The notes under the pieces were generated by a model. The model made no database searches and was not told where the DNA came from. It saw nothing but the letters and a program-made list of their open reading frames with translations. Made by a program: the position numbers and the translations under genes. Below are positions 26,441 to 39,038 of a DNA stretch of 64,000 nt, in pieces (position 1 is the first letter of the stretch; every line of letters begins with the position of its first letter). Source of the DNA: Podarcis tiliguerta (Eukaryota); the NCBI GenBank assembly GCA_965153285.1, contig OZ229113.1; one strand, written 5' to 3'.

Positions 26441-29400
26441 ACTAAATAATTAAAATAATAAATGTTAGCTAGGCTTCCTGAAACCTTTCCCAAAATTCTT
26501 TGTCCGACTTTATAGGCCCTTAATGTTTCATAAAGCAGTTCAAGATATAAGACTGTTGTGGAAGTAAGGCAACCTTCATGGTTAGGAATTACTTGCAGGT
26601 AAGGTACTAAGAGTAGATCTGAAATAATTTTCATATGAGTGCCTAATGCAACCAGATTTGAACATTTAATATGGAAACATATATGAAAACATAGCCTATC
26701 ATGTGTATACTTCATTCATGGCTGGAATGTTCCATGAAGACTATTTCATAATTCGAAGGAAACCTAGTGCCTGTCATGCATATTTTATGCACTAGTTACT
26801 TGAGTTACATTTTCTCCTTAAACTGAGAGCTATTTTAAGATGGAGATGGAGAATGCAATTTAGAGAGCCAGGCTCAAAGTATATTGTTTAGAATCTTCAG
26901 TCACTCTCCTTTTGTTCTGCAATTGATCACTGGCACACCCTTTAACCCTTATTAAGGGGTAAGAGGGAATTCATGTTTTCGTTCATCAGCCCATCCCTCT
27001 GAAAAGCGTTCAATATATTCAAACAGTTTGCAAGGAGCAAAGCCAGAAGAAACAAGAGGCCCAGTTAGTTCGTGGCAAGGTTAGGAAGAAGCATGTCCGC
27101 TACGTAAAGCAAAGAATGGCTCTTGTTCCTGCACAGTATTTGCACCAGGCAACCAAGTTAATTGCGCGATGGCCCTTTTCTTTGCTTTATACCTGACCTT
27201 GCATTATCTTTGTGGATCCATAGTTTCTGACACCTAGTGTCAGAAAGCAATGGGAATTTCTTCCATGCAGTTTTATCAGCTGTTCAGAATTCATGTAAAA
27301 ATGTGAAAAGTGTTTTCTGTTTGCCGAATGATGTCCACAGCAGTAACGTCTGAGAAAGGTGAAGTGTTTGCTATTCTAGTTTCTTTGTTGCTTTCAAAAT
27401 GCTTTCTTTTGTGTTTGCTGTTTTCTTCGTCTAGTTGTTGTTTTTAAAGGCGAACTCCTCACCGGCTATCAGGTGGTATGATGATGGGGTTGGGCATGCT
27501 AAGGAGTAGGAAAGGTTAGATGGCATAATTTCCATGAATGCGGGAGAGGGATGCCTAAAAAGAGAGAGAGAGAAAGATAAAGAAATTTTGTTTTTCTGAG
27601 CTGGAGGATTCTCTGCATGACTTCTCCACTGATGGGATCATGTGCTTTTCAGGCTGAGATTTTATTAACAATTCAAATGGAAATTGAGGGCACAGGAGGA
27701 GCAGATTCTCACATAAACTTGATCTGTCCATGAATGCTGCTCTCTGTTTGCACTGACCCTGCCTGGCTTAAGACACTGCCTGTGAGGCCTGAGAGCCAGA
27801 CACAAAGAAAGAAATGAAAAGCAAGCACATTCCAGTAGTCTGCACAAAGGCAATGGAGCAGTTTCGAGGCACTCTCCCCAGAGAGAGATCTTATCTCCTT
27901 GTGGCTAAAAGCCTTTAGAATGTTTATTTGTGCTTCAGGCATTCAAAGTTTATAATTTGATATGGAAATTTCAAAGTTGCTGCCATGGTAGGCTTTGGCA
28001 GAGCTCTTCAAATATTTTCTCAGTCAAGTAGGTTTTATTAATAGGCCTTCGTGCCATTATGAAAACACAAGCCATGCAAATAGCCGATATGGATTGCTAT
28101 AATATGTTTTTGTTTAAATCAAAATGTGATTGAATCTGCATAATGAGACAAATGTCTGGCTGAAGGCAAGGATGCTGAACCTGGTACAAAGGTGGACATG
28201 TGTGGCAGTCTTGTGGAAGCGCTCTGCCGATTGTGTGCTTTACTCCTGTGGGTTTGGGGATGAGGAGGAGGAGGCTGGCACTTGTGCGAGGGTTTGCTGC
28301 TGAGTAGCTGTGCCAATTAAAATGTTGAGTAAGCTTGAATGACCTTGTGCTACTAAGCCAGAAACAGGCAAAGCCGGGGCAGAAAGAGTGCATGAGGCAA
28401 TGCCGCTGTGGAGACATCTGAGCTGACGTTGCTTTCCACCCCTGACAGTTAGTGATATTGCATTTAATCAGTGTGAAGAAAACCGTCCAGGATCAAGAAT
28501 AGGAGGAAGAAGTGTTCACCCCCCTCCCAAATGACCAAGTAAATAAGTAAAAAAAGAGAATGGGATGGGTGTACGTTTTATATCCCTAATCGGGATTCAT
28601 GGCTTTGATGTTCAGCAAATTTTGAACAAATTGTGCATAGATCTTTTCCCACAATAATTTCATCATCCAAAATTTCCCCATAGGTTATGTAATGAATGGT
28701 ATAGCTTTGATCCTTCTGCAGTAGGTACAGCTTTCCCCATATTCATTTCTTTTTCATGTAACATTTTGCTTCTTAAAAAAACACAACTTGACTCAAAATG
28801 TGATATGCATTTGTTTCATGCAAATCCAATCAGCAGAATTTTCCAGTTATTTTCGAGGAAATACGGCTTTAACATTTCACAAACTGGTAGAATCTGGAAA
28901 GTAAGAGATGGCAAAAGGTGTTAATTAATCAGTTCCCACAATTAATTTGAAAGTAGTTGCTTCTAAAAAAGAAAATAGAAGCAACTTCCCCAAAATTAAT
29001 TGCACTATTTGTGTCATTAGCAATAACTGCATCATTGCTTTATTGTCATAAAATAGTAACAAAATAAATGCCTATACTAATAAATGGAAACCTTTTAAAT
29101 ATGTCCCTTTTTAAAATAGTATACTTGAAAACAAGTAATCAAAATGATGGCATTATTCATTTGGGAATTTTAAACTAAGTAACACTACTTAACAGACAAA
29201 GAAGAATAGATTTGCAATGATTTTTTTTCTTTGTACCCTAGTGAAAGTTTGTTTTGTTTTTACTTCTTGGTGCAGATTACTGACAAATACCATGCAATCT
29301 TATTCTGAATCAGGTGACCAACCTATGGTACAGATTATCTACTTTTACACATCATATCACTGAATTTCTTTGGCACTACCAATTGTTTACCGTGAGGAGA

Positions 29401-29596
29401 CTTCAATAGCAAAAAATCATTATCTAATATTTGCTGGGTCTTTACCAGCTGCCTCCTGCCCTTCTATGTTTTCCCTGTTCAGACTTACTAATTTTGCATA
29501 TAAGTTTGTAGGGTGGATTTTCCACTCCAACTTCATTATAAATGACAATCCCTATTTTGTCTTAGAATTTATAGTTCTTATACAGCCTTTTATTGG

Positions 29597-29778
29597 AACA
29601 CAGGAAGCAGCCCTATGCCACATCAGGTCAAAACAGCTTGGTTTTGTTGACACTGACTGGCAGCAACTCTCCAGGGCTTCAGAGTGAAGTCTTTTGCTAG
29701 CCCTACCAGGAGAAGTCAGGAATTGAACCTGGGGTGTCTTGCATGTGAAGTTGATGCTCTGCATGGGACACAGCTCCT
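29597..29778 (-). mobile_element. Squam3-like SINE
   Basis: Reverse complement matches the copies at 35805 and 38338 (GACTGGCAGCAACTCTCCAGGG, GGAATTGAACCTGGG). Confidence 0.65.
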
Positions 29779-32700
29779 CTGCTGTTCTTGCTTCTTTTCC
29801 TCCTGACACTGGGTGGGGGAATTTGACTCTACTTCAGGCATGGCACTTCAGAACTGCACAGGTGACCTTATGCAATGTCTGCCCATTTTAAAAGTTCTTG
29901 AGGACTATAACAGGAGAACTGATGCATATAAACATACACCCATCACCAACACTGCATCAGTGACACATAACTCATGTAACTCGAGTGCACATTGATATGA
30001 ATTTTGGCCATTATAGCTGAACAAAAGTACTATGTTCAGAGGTAGCCTACCGCTCCCGCCATTGTCATGATGCCCTTGTGGATGGATCTCCCAAATGGAG
30101 CTGGCTGGTCCTGGTTTGGTGTGGAGGGGTGGAAATCTGCCATATTAGATACGTGTTTGATTTGATCCAACCTAATACTGTTTTCCAACTTCTTAAAAAG
30201 TTTAACTTGAATATATCTGTTTTGTTAAAGTCTGTATTATTGCTCGGCTTAAAGCAAATGTTCCGTATTATTAATAATATTTTCCAACATGAAAACATCT
30301 ATTGTCAAAAACTGATTTATTTAAGTGACAATACTCAGTGACGCAGATGAGAAGACAATCACTTAAGTCATCATACTTTCTCATTGTTGTCAACATATTA
30401 TTCTGGTACGGGGGAAAAAACTTAACAGAGAAAAGTATTTATCGTGCATGCAACTGTGACAGTTCTTCTAGCTGTTTATAAATTAGAAAACTGGAAAAGT
30501 TGATAGCTAATTCATTTTTCTGTACTTTGTTAAGAAGAAAGGATCTGATTGAGCTAGTAAAAGGTCATTTACAACTTCAACTTCATATTGCCCCTGGGAA
30601 ATAACTAGCTCCCACTAATCAACACCTAATCTCCATATTTGTGGAACTCTGCCTATCAAAGTGCATCCTTACCTTTATAAATGCAAAGTGATGGAAGAGA
30701 GAAATGTCATAGTAACCCAACTGTCATTCCTGGCAATGGTATCCCAAATGAGTGTTGAACAAAGGTGCTAGAAGCAGATCACTTTTTGATCTGTTTCCCC
30801 CTGCAGGTGCTGTTTGCAGATGTCAGTACAAGTCTCAGTTGGAAAGCAGTGTGAAGTGGAAAGGGTTAAACCTCCTTCACCCCAACCTTCCCTGTGCTGT
30901 GCCCAGTCTTGACTATTGCCCACTTTGATTGCTTTTGCTAGAAAAGGGCAGTGGTGAGGTGTAAGCACACTTAATATAGTGTGCAGTTTAACTCCTACTT
31001 GATCACTTGTGCTAAGAACCATCTCCATGTTACTTCGGTAGCAAAAAATTTGTATGTCAGAAGAAATCTTACTTGCTGTTCACATACTAAACATTTTTTC
31101 TTAAGTATGTTTGAGCTGGTTGGGTAGCCGTCAATTTATGTACACTTATCTGAAAATCTGAAATATATAATTGGGGTAATAGTTAAAGGCAGCATAATAT
31201 TTTTATATTTATATAAATATATAGTTTAGGAGTGAATAATTCCTGCATACACAGTTAGATTAATAAAAATATGGCCACAGTGGAAAAATGCAAAATAATG
31301 TTGAAATGGATAGGAGAAGGGGGAACCAGCATATCGTATTGACCAGATGAAAAAAAACTACGAATGCTATTGACCAAAATGTCCACTTTTAGTTGTCTTC
31401 TCTCCTTTTTTGTTGTTGTTGATTCGCTTGGTAACGCTAAAGCTTTTCAAGAAAAGGCTGGATTATAACTGTGTCAGCCTTTGCATTTTGCACATTGATG
31501 AGGTTATCAATAATGCATTGGAGAGCTTAGGAACCTTGTATACAAGGAAATCACAGCTGGTCTGGGTTTATTGTGAAACTTGCAGAATTGAGCAGAGAGG
31601 TCATATCAGCGACTTGTCACACAATCAGACACAGCTGGAAAGGAATTGGGAAAGGGAGGTGGGAATGGGTGGAGTTACTCTGGAAGCAACAGAATTTTGT
31701 GGGTTCTCTCTTTTGTCAGTAACATAACTCTTCAGAATGGGCATGGCTAATGTTGTTTGCATTGACTTCTTGGCCTCTTCTAATGTAAAAGTGTTATTGT
31801 TTTCCTGGCAATTTTATTCATATACTAACAGCTTGCGTGCTTGGCAACAGTGTTCAAATGCCATGCTTAGTGTTTCTGGTCACGATGATGGCTGGGAGTA
31901 ATAGAGAAGGGAGAATAAGTGAGTGTGGAAATGCAAAGTTGTCTCATGTTTCATTTTATCGATCTAATTCTGGTGTCATTCAATTAAGAGAAAAAGTGAT
32001 GGATAGGCTGCATAGATTCCCACTTTGCTCACCAACCACTCCAGATAAAGCAGTTTTGAACTGATGAGTGTTGGGAGGGGATGAAGGAGGAAGACAAATC
32101 AAAGATACTATGTGATCTGAATGAGAGATTAAAGATGTTTAAAAACAATTCTGAATAGCAATATCTGCTGAGTTGGCATTTGTCTTTGTCTTACCCATGC
32201 CTATCAACAGCAAACACAGCATGTTCAATGCAAGTTTAATTAAACGGGCTACCTGTCCAGCCATATAGACAAGTGCCTTTGGCTAGAAGATGTAAGATTA
32301 TTTTAAAAATAAGAAAGGGGAAAGATAGAGGGAGGGAGAAGGGGAGAGAGAGGGAGAATAATGCATCTGAAGATATCATTTGTCTAATGATATCCATTCA
32401 GATATTGTCAGCAGTTTTAAAGATGTTATAAATAGAAAGCTAACTAATTGAAGCATCTGTAATTTCAGTGAAGCTGTTCTTTTTTGTTAAGTTAGCTAAT
32501 ATAGTTTGCAGAGATACTCATCAATAGCTATCTATAGACTTTTAAAAACTGTTTTTCTATTAATGGATTACTTCAAGGTTCATCATATTTCATTTCTTCA
32601 CAATAATGAAGCTATTCAAGTCTACTGACAGCTTGACTACCTAGAGATAGTAACTCTTTTCAGACACAAGTAGAATGTACATGTGGATAAGGATGAATGT

Positions 32701-32882
32701 GAATTCACCGCAGGTCCCATTTCTGCCACCTGCCCCACCTGTCAACTTCTTCAAGCTCAACCCAAACATTAGTAAAGGGATACCTATTAGAGACTGAAGA
32801 ATCATTTTGTTACTTTCATGGGTTCATTTTATCCCCATTTCATACTGAAAGACATTCCTATCACCTACATGGTGGCACGCGG

Positions 32883-34211
32883 GGGGGGGGGAGCTGTCGT
32901 CGCGCTACTCCTTGGTGTGTGGAGTACCGCATGGCGCAATTCTCCCCCTGATGCTTTTCAACATCTTTATGCGTCCGCTCGCCCAGCTTGTCCGGAATTT
33001 TGGTTTGGGTTGCCATCAGTATGCTGATGACACCCAATTCTTTCTGTTGATGGATGGCCATCCCGGCTCGGGTCCAGACACACTGATCAGATGTTTGGAA
33101 GCTGTGGCTGAATGGCTACGTGGGAGCTGGTTGAAGTTAAATCCTTCGAAGACAGAGGTCCTTTGGTTGGTCAGGACAATATGGGGTTGGAGGGCCAACT
33201 CCCATCCCTTGTTGGGGAATAGTTAGTGCCAGCGCCTTCTGTCAAGAGTTTGGGTGTAATATTTGACGCTTCCCTTTCTATGGAGGTGCAGGTTACAGCT
33301 ACAACAAAGGCGGCATTATTTCATCTCCACCAAGCTAAGCAGTTGGTCCTCTCTCACCCTGACCTCTCCACTGTGATCCATGCGATGGTCACCTCCAGGC
33401 TTGATTACTGTAACTGACTCTATGCGGGGCTGCCCTTGAAACTGACCCAGAAACTCCAGCGGGTGCAGAATGCCGCGGCGAAGACCCCTTATGGGGTCCT
33501 CACCACGGGATCACATTCATCCAGTGCTATACCAGCTGCACTGGCTCCGGGTGGAGTACAGGATCAGGTTTAAGGTGCTGGTTTTAACCTTTAAAGCCCT
33601 ATACGGCCTAGGACCCTCGTACCTACGGGACTGCCTCTCCTGGTATGCCCCACGGAGGACCTTACCGTCTGCAAATAACAACATCCTAAAGATTCCGGGC
33701 CCCAGAGAGATCAGACTGGCCTCGACCAGAGCCAGGGCCTTTTCGGCCGTGGCCCCGGCCTGGTGGAACGCTCTCTCACAAGAGACAAGGGCCCTGCGGG
33801 ATTTGACATCTTTCCGCAGGGCCTGCAAGACGGAGCTGTTCTACCAGGCCTTTGGGCAGGATTCAGTTTGACTTACTTTCCTTTGTATAAAACAAGCCTG
33901 AAGAGGCCCCCAACCCGCTCACAGGTCCTTGTATGATCAGTGGAAACAGTTGGTCCTGGCAAGTATTAACCACTCTCAATTCCAACCTGATAATTGCCAC
34001 CTGCCCAGATTTTCATAGAATCATAGAGTTGGAAGAGACCACAAGGGCCATCGAGTCCAACCCCCTGCCAAGCAGGAAACACATTTTAACTTGTCTGAAT
34101 TAATTTTAAGATGTATTTTAATTAATTGATGTATGTTTTTATGCATATTGTGTTGTTTTTATGATGTTAGCCGCTCTGAGCCCAGTCTTGGAAGGCGGGA
34201 TACAAATATAT

Positions 34212-34249
<38 letters not shown>

Positions 34250-34263
34250 TTACTACTACTACT
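32883..34263 (+). mobile_element. 5'-truncated L2-clade LINE (RT C-terminal half, 3'UTR and (TAC)n tail), frameshifted
   Basis: ORF pieces with CGVPHGAIL, HQYADDTQ, LKLNPSKTEVL, VKSLGVIFD, VTSRLDYCN and LHWLRVEYRIRFKVLVLTFKAL; 3' end AGCCGCTCTGAG...GGCGGGATACAAAT then (TAC)n at 34212-34263. Confidence 0.92.
34014..34083 (-). mobile_element. Very short CR1 3' end inserted in the L2 3'UTR
   Basis: CATAGAATCATAGAGTTGGAAG..CCACAAGGGCCATCGAGTCCAACCCCCTGC; ATTTT on both sides. Confidence 0.8.
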
Positions 34264-35349
34264 GCATTTTTGCAGCTAAATGTACATAGGTGCTTCACAC
34301 AACTGGCCCTTATGACGTGGAACATCTATGTGTATTCAACTGCTTATGTTTGGATGTTCCTTTACAGATGTTTTCGTGTAACACTGATGTGCAAATGGCC
34401 CTGCTTTCCTTTTAACAGATGGAAAATATGGGAAGAGAACTAGGGTTTTTCTGTTGGTAGATATTCATCAGTATCTTGCAGTTTGAGATAGCTATATCAT
34501 AGTCATATCCCTTTCAACTATCAATGGTCATGCTGCTCAATCAAGAGGCCTGATAGCTCTCTTTCAGTGGGCTTGTAAGGAACAGCAAACTTGCATCTGG
34601 ACCCATGAATGGGAATGGTGGATATGGAGAGTTGCAAGGGGAAAGGAGTTAGCTGGGGTTAAGCAGAGTTTATTTTACTTTTAGTGTCTATCCTGCAGTT
34701 CTCACAACTCACCTCTGAAAAGAATTCATGGCAGCCAGGATTTCTAAACCAGAGTTAGTTGCAGGACAAATAGCCCAACTTGACTCCTGATTGGAGCTTA
34801 AGTTTGCTAAATTTGCTTACCAGTAAATTTCATCATCAATTTTATTTTCAATACGTATACTTAGGATTCATATTCTTATTATTGTTTTTGACAAATTTTT
34901 CCCAATTGCACTTTATCTTTAACCCGTATGAATCAGCATATCTCATCCTGGTAGAGCCTTCCTTCCATACTTAGATTCTTTCTTGTCACTATTAATAAAC
35001 TCCTAAGCTCTTACTTCTTTTTATAGGCTGAATGCTCTCCAGGTTCAGCTTCTAACCCTCTCCTGCAATTTTAATGGAAGGCCTGCTTCAACCTGCATCT
35101 TAATCAAAGTTAGCAGTCTTTGACTTCCATGTGTTCATGCTGTCACTTGCCAGAGAAATTCTTGTTTACACCAAATTTTCCCATTGGCAGGTAAAAAAGA
35201 TTAAGCTGCTTTTTCTACCATGTTTTCCTTTTCAGTTTATTTCATCCACTGGGAAAGATATGTGCAAATGGATCATTAAAAATTACAATATAGAAAGCAA
35301 GAACTCTGTATAGTACAAAGATTCTTATTATGGTCAGAGGATATGTAAA

Positions 35350-35472
35350 AACTGTCTTGTGACCTTCCAGATGTTGCTGGACTCCAACATCCATCATACT
35401 TGACCATGCTTGCTGGGGATGATGGGTTTGAAGTCCAACAACTTCTGAAGAGCCACAGGTTTCCCATCCATG
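35350..35472. mobile_element. Short palindromic squamate MITE
   Basis: CCAGATGTTGCTGGACTCCAA...GAAGTCCAACAACTTCTG inverted arms; related pieces at ~3940, 55690, 60580 and 61140. Confidence 0.65.
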
Positions 35473-35804
35473 GTTTTTGGTGATGTGTTTATCGTGAAGT
35501 AGGAAGTCAGTGAGAGTATTGGCTATGAACATGAAAAATAAGTAAGGATCTGCCTTATGAGTATGCAAATAGGGACCCAGAATGGATGGGACTAGATACT
35601 TCAAGTAGATGTAACATTGGTACTATTCCCTTGCAATCCAATACAGCGCAAAAAAGTTGGGTGTGCGGCGGGTGGTAGAGAACATGAAGAGACTGAAGGA
35701 AGGCAAACCTAATAAGTAGCCACACCCTTGTGTCCTTCTTGAGCTAGATAATATGACTTTCTTAAGGAGGTAGAGGGAAAACTGAATCAGAAATACAGAA
35801 ATAT

Positions 35805-35987
35805 GGAAAGGCTGTAGTTTAGGAGTAGAGCACCTGCTTTTTATGGAAAATTTCCTACATTCAGTCCCTAGCATCTTCAGTTAGGACGAGGAATTCTCCT
35901 GTCTGAAACCCTGAGAGCTGTTTCTACATGGTATAATACTGAGCAAGACAGACCAATGGTCTGACTCTGTGTAAGGCAGCTTCCTAT
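35805..35987 (+). mobile_element. Squam3-like SINE
   Basis: tRNA-like head and tail GACCAATGGTCTGACTCTGTGTAAGGCAGCTTCCTAT. Confidence 0.7.
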
Positions 35988-38337
35988 CTGCCTCTGAGAA
36001 AGCAGGCTTTCGTATTCAGACCGTAGGAATTGGTACTACTGTGCTATGGGCTTTCCTCAGGTATACACACTCCGGAGGTTAGTCTGCATACCATAGTTCT
36101 ATGTAGCTCTTAAGAACAGAGTTTTCATTTCAATAGAACTATTTTGCAACTGATTCAGATGCAAGGTTTTTATTTTTAATTTGGGCTGCCGAAACATCTG
36201 AGGCTTGAGGGAGACCTTTGCTCCCCCAGTGCCTCTTCCATCTGCTTTCAGATCCAGAAGCTATGGGAGACAGCACCAGCCCAGAAGAAAAGCTAAGGGC
36301 TATGAGGGACCAACATCTGGTGGCTTGGGCAGCTATTTCCAGGCCAAGAAGGACAGGGTAGGAAATTGCATACAACTTTTCCCGCCATAGTAATAGAAAT
36401 ATTGTTACAATATATTGTAAGCTGTCTTGACAACTCTGGTAAGCAAGTGGGATATAGATACGCAAAAAATATATTCTCAGAGGTGCAAATGGCAGTGGAA
36501 GTTCCAAGTTGACTCTTATGGAGTATTGCAGTGACACATTGATGAACAGCCACATTTATTTACTTACTGTCAGGGTTTTCAACCATTCTGCTGTCTCCTA
36601 GTCCAGAAGCCATAAAATCTGGCAGGGGCTCTCACCTGATATCCAGGCACTGCAAAAATCAGCACACACAGCTGTTCTTCTGATTTAATTGCATGCTTTT
36701 TCTAATGGGAAGAAGTTTGGTGGGGAACCCAGTCAGGATTGGGACCATCAGAAGCAGGATGAAAATCCCCCCAGCTACTATAAACTCCAAAAGGAAAACT
36801 GTTTAGCCTATTTGGGGGTTGTGCAGCCATCGCCACAACAGTTTATGTTAGAAATAAAACATGCCCAGTTAATGTTTCCATGAAACATCATATTTTGTTT
36901 GGACCAAAGCATCAGGAATGAAACAAAGTATATTGCATCAGTTGTGTCACTACCATTACTAACTGCCTAATTAGTTTTTAAGGTAAGTTTGTGGATACTT
37001 TTCTAGACTACTGGGTTCAGATGTGTATCAAATATTTCCCATTGAATAAATTGAAAATGTTTGAAAGCGACATGACAGACAGCATACCTGTAAATACCAG
37101 AGCAATGAGAGAATGAATAATTTTGGTAGAAGAATGCAAGAGAGATGGACCAAGGTGAAACAGCAGAAGACAGGAGAAGACAACATTATTTAGTTTTTGA
37201 TTAGGATGATCAGGGCACACTTCTTTAGGTACACAATTTTGCTTTTTGGAGTGCTTGGAAAGTATCACAACTCTGTAATGAAAGCACCTCATATGGGATG
37301 CTTTTGATAATAGGGAAGAAATGTGTGTATGTTATGCAAAAATGTTTGTGAGAAAAAGTCCCTAAACTCTTTCAGTAGAGTCAGAGGTGCCTATCCCCCA
37401 TGTCATACTATGCAGATTGAAATAAATTAATTAAATGCAACTAAACTGTGACTGCTTGTGAATGCATATTAAGAAACCATAACCTTTAAAAGATGTTATA
37501 AGAAGTCTGGACTTTCTGTAGCAACCTATCATCCCACCAATGGAATGTACTTAAAAATCCTGCATTACTGGAAGGCATGGCAAGCTATTCTAGCTATTTA
37601 TATATATCAAAAGTGTTAAGAGATTTGTTTTCCTTTACCATTCTCTAATAACCCCTGAAATTAAACTTGCATAATCTCTATTCAAATAAGGTCAAGACAA
37701 CAACAGTAAACCTCATAAAAGGGATTTATGAATTAAGGAAAGATCTCTCCAAACCTTTAAGGTTCTTAAATTACATTCAGCTAAATGTCTGAAGAGAATG
37801 TGTGTCAACGTTTTTGAGCAAACTCTTATCTTCCTGGTCCAACCATTTTCACCTTTTATGAATATTTTTACCCTCCTTTAAATTGTTACACCATGGGAAA
37901 TTGTGACCTTTTTGCTGTTAGACTAGGGAAATTATGTTATTTTGCGTCCCTCTATTTACATTGGCTGCTAGGAAATTAGGAGCTAAATGTCTTTTATCTT
38001 TGTTATGGCTCATAATTAAATGAATAAAATTGCTGCTGCTACTACTACTATCCTCCTTCAATTCACAGTTTAGAATATAACTCTAGCCATACAATGTAAG
38101 AATATGTAATTATTTTCCCCCACAACCTGAAATATATAGGATCCAATTTACTATTTTGCAGTAGTCTACTCAAGTGGGAGAAGCATTTATAACATTTCTT
38201 GTGCAATTTTCCCTCCTTGCTTGCTGAAATGTTTTCCTCATAAAACACAATATTAAACCTCTACTTAGTATTCTGTGAAAGTGAAGGGATATGATACTGT
38301 ACAAGGAACTGGAATAGACCATATGATGAATCATTTT

Positions 38338-38523
38338 GAGGGCTGGAGCTCAGTGGCATAGCAAATGTTTTGCATGCAGAAGGTCACAATTTCAGTCTAG
38401 CATCTGCAGGTAAAGATAGGAAGGATTCCTTTCTGATATCCAAGATACCTGGTGCCAGTCAGGACAGATTGTAAGGAGCTAGATGGACCAAGGGTTTGAC
38501 ACAGTATAAGACAACCTACTATG
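38338..38523 (+). mobile_element. Squam3-like SINE
   Basis: AGCTCAGTGGCATAGCA..TGCATGCAGAAGGTC head; GAGCTAGATGGACCAA..CAGTATAAG tail. Confidence 0.7.
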
Positions 38524-39004
38524 GTCTCATTTTAATGTTGTAGGAGAAATTCTGTATATTTGAACCCAACAAGAAACAGTGTTGGTAGTGAGCAGATGAG
38601 TTTAAGATTTGATGATGAAATAAATATTTAAAAATAAAACTCAGGAGAGCTTAGCTCCTGGAAATTCTGTAGGCAATTATGAACTCATGCCACAGATAAA
38701 GGTTTCTGACTGTATTCAAAGACAGTGTCTCTTTCCTGATGGATTTTATTTAGTGGCCACATCCACAGGTCCAAATTCAAGTTTCAGCTTTAATAAAATT
38801 GACAATACCTCTGTAGCATCATAGATGTGAAGTTATTCATTGTGGTGAGAGCTTTCATAGGTAGCATTAGATTCACAAAGTAGACTAAGACAGTGGTAGA
38901 CAAAATGTATACTAGTGATACTGCTGGAGGCCAAGTGTTTGGTCTAGCCACTCAACAGTACAATACTAATTGGCTGTGTCTTGACTAACGTGTGGTAATC
39001 AGTT

Positions 39005-39038
39005 AATAGGAACAATTACCCAATAGGAACAATTACCC
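39005..39038. repeat. Perfect 17-bp tandem duplication
   Basis: AATAGGAACAATTACCC twice. Confidence 0.9.

Noticed and set aside
27327-27353. Box C/D-like motifs (ATGATGT...CTGA)
   Set aside because: Too short, imperfect box C and no terminal stem
30807-30960. Strong acceptor (TTTCCCCCTGCAG) with possible downstream donors
   Set aside because: Donors are ambiguous, all frames are closed and there is no further support
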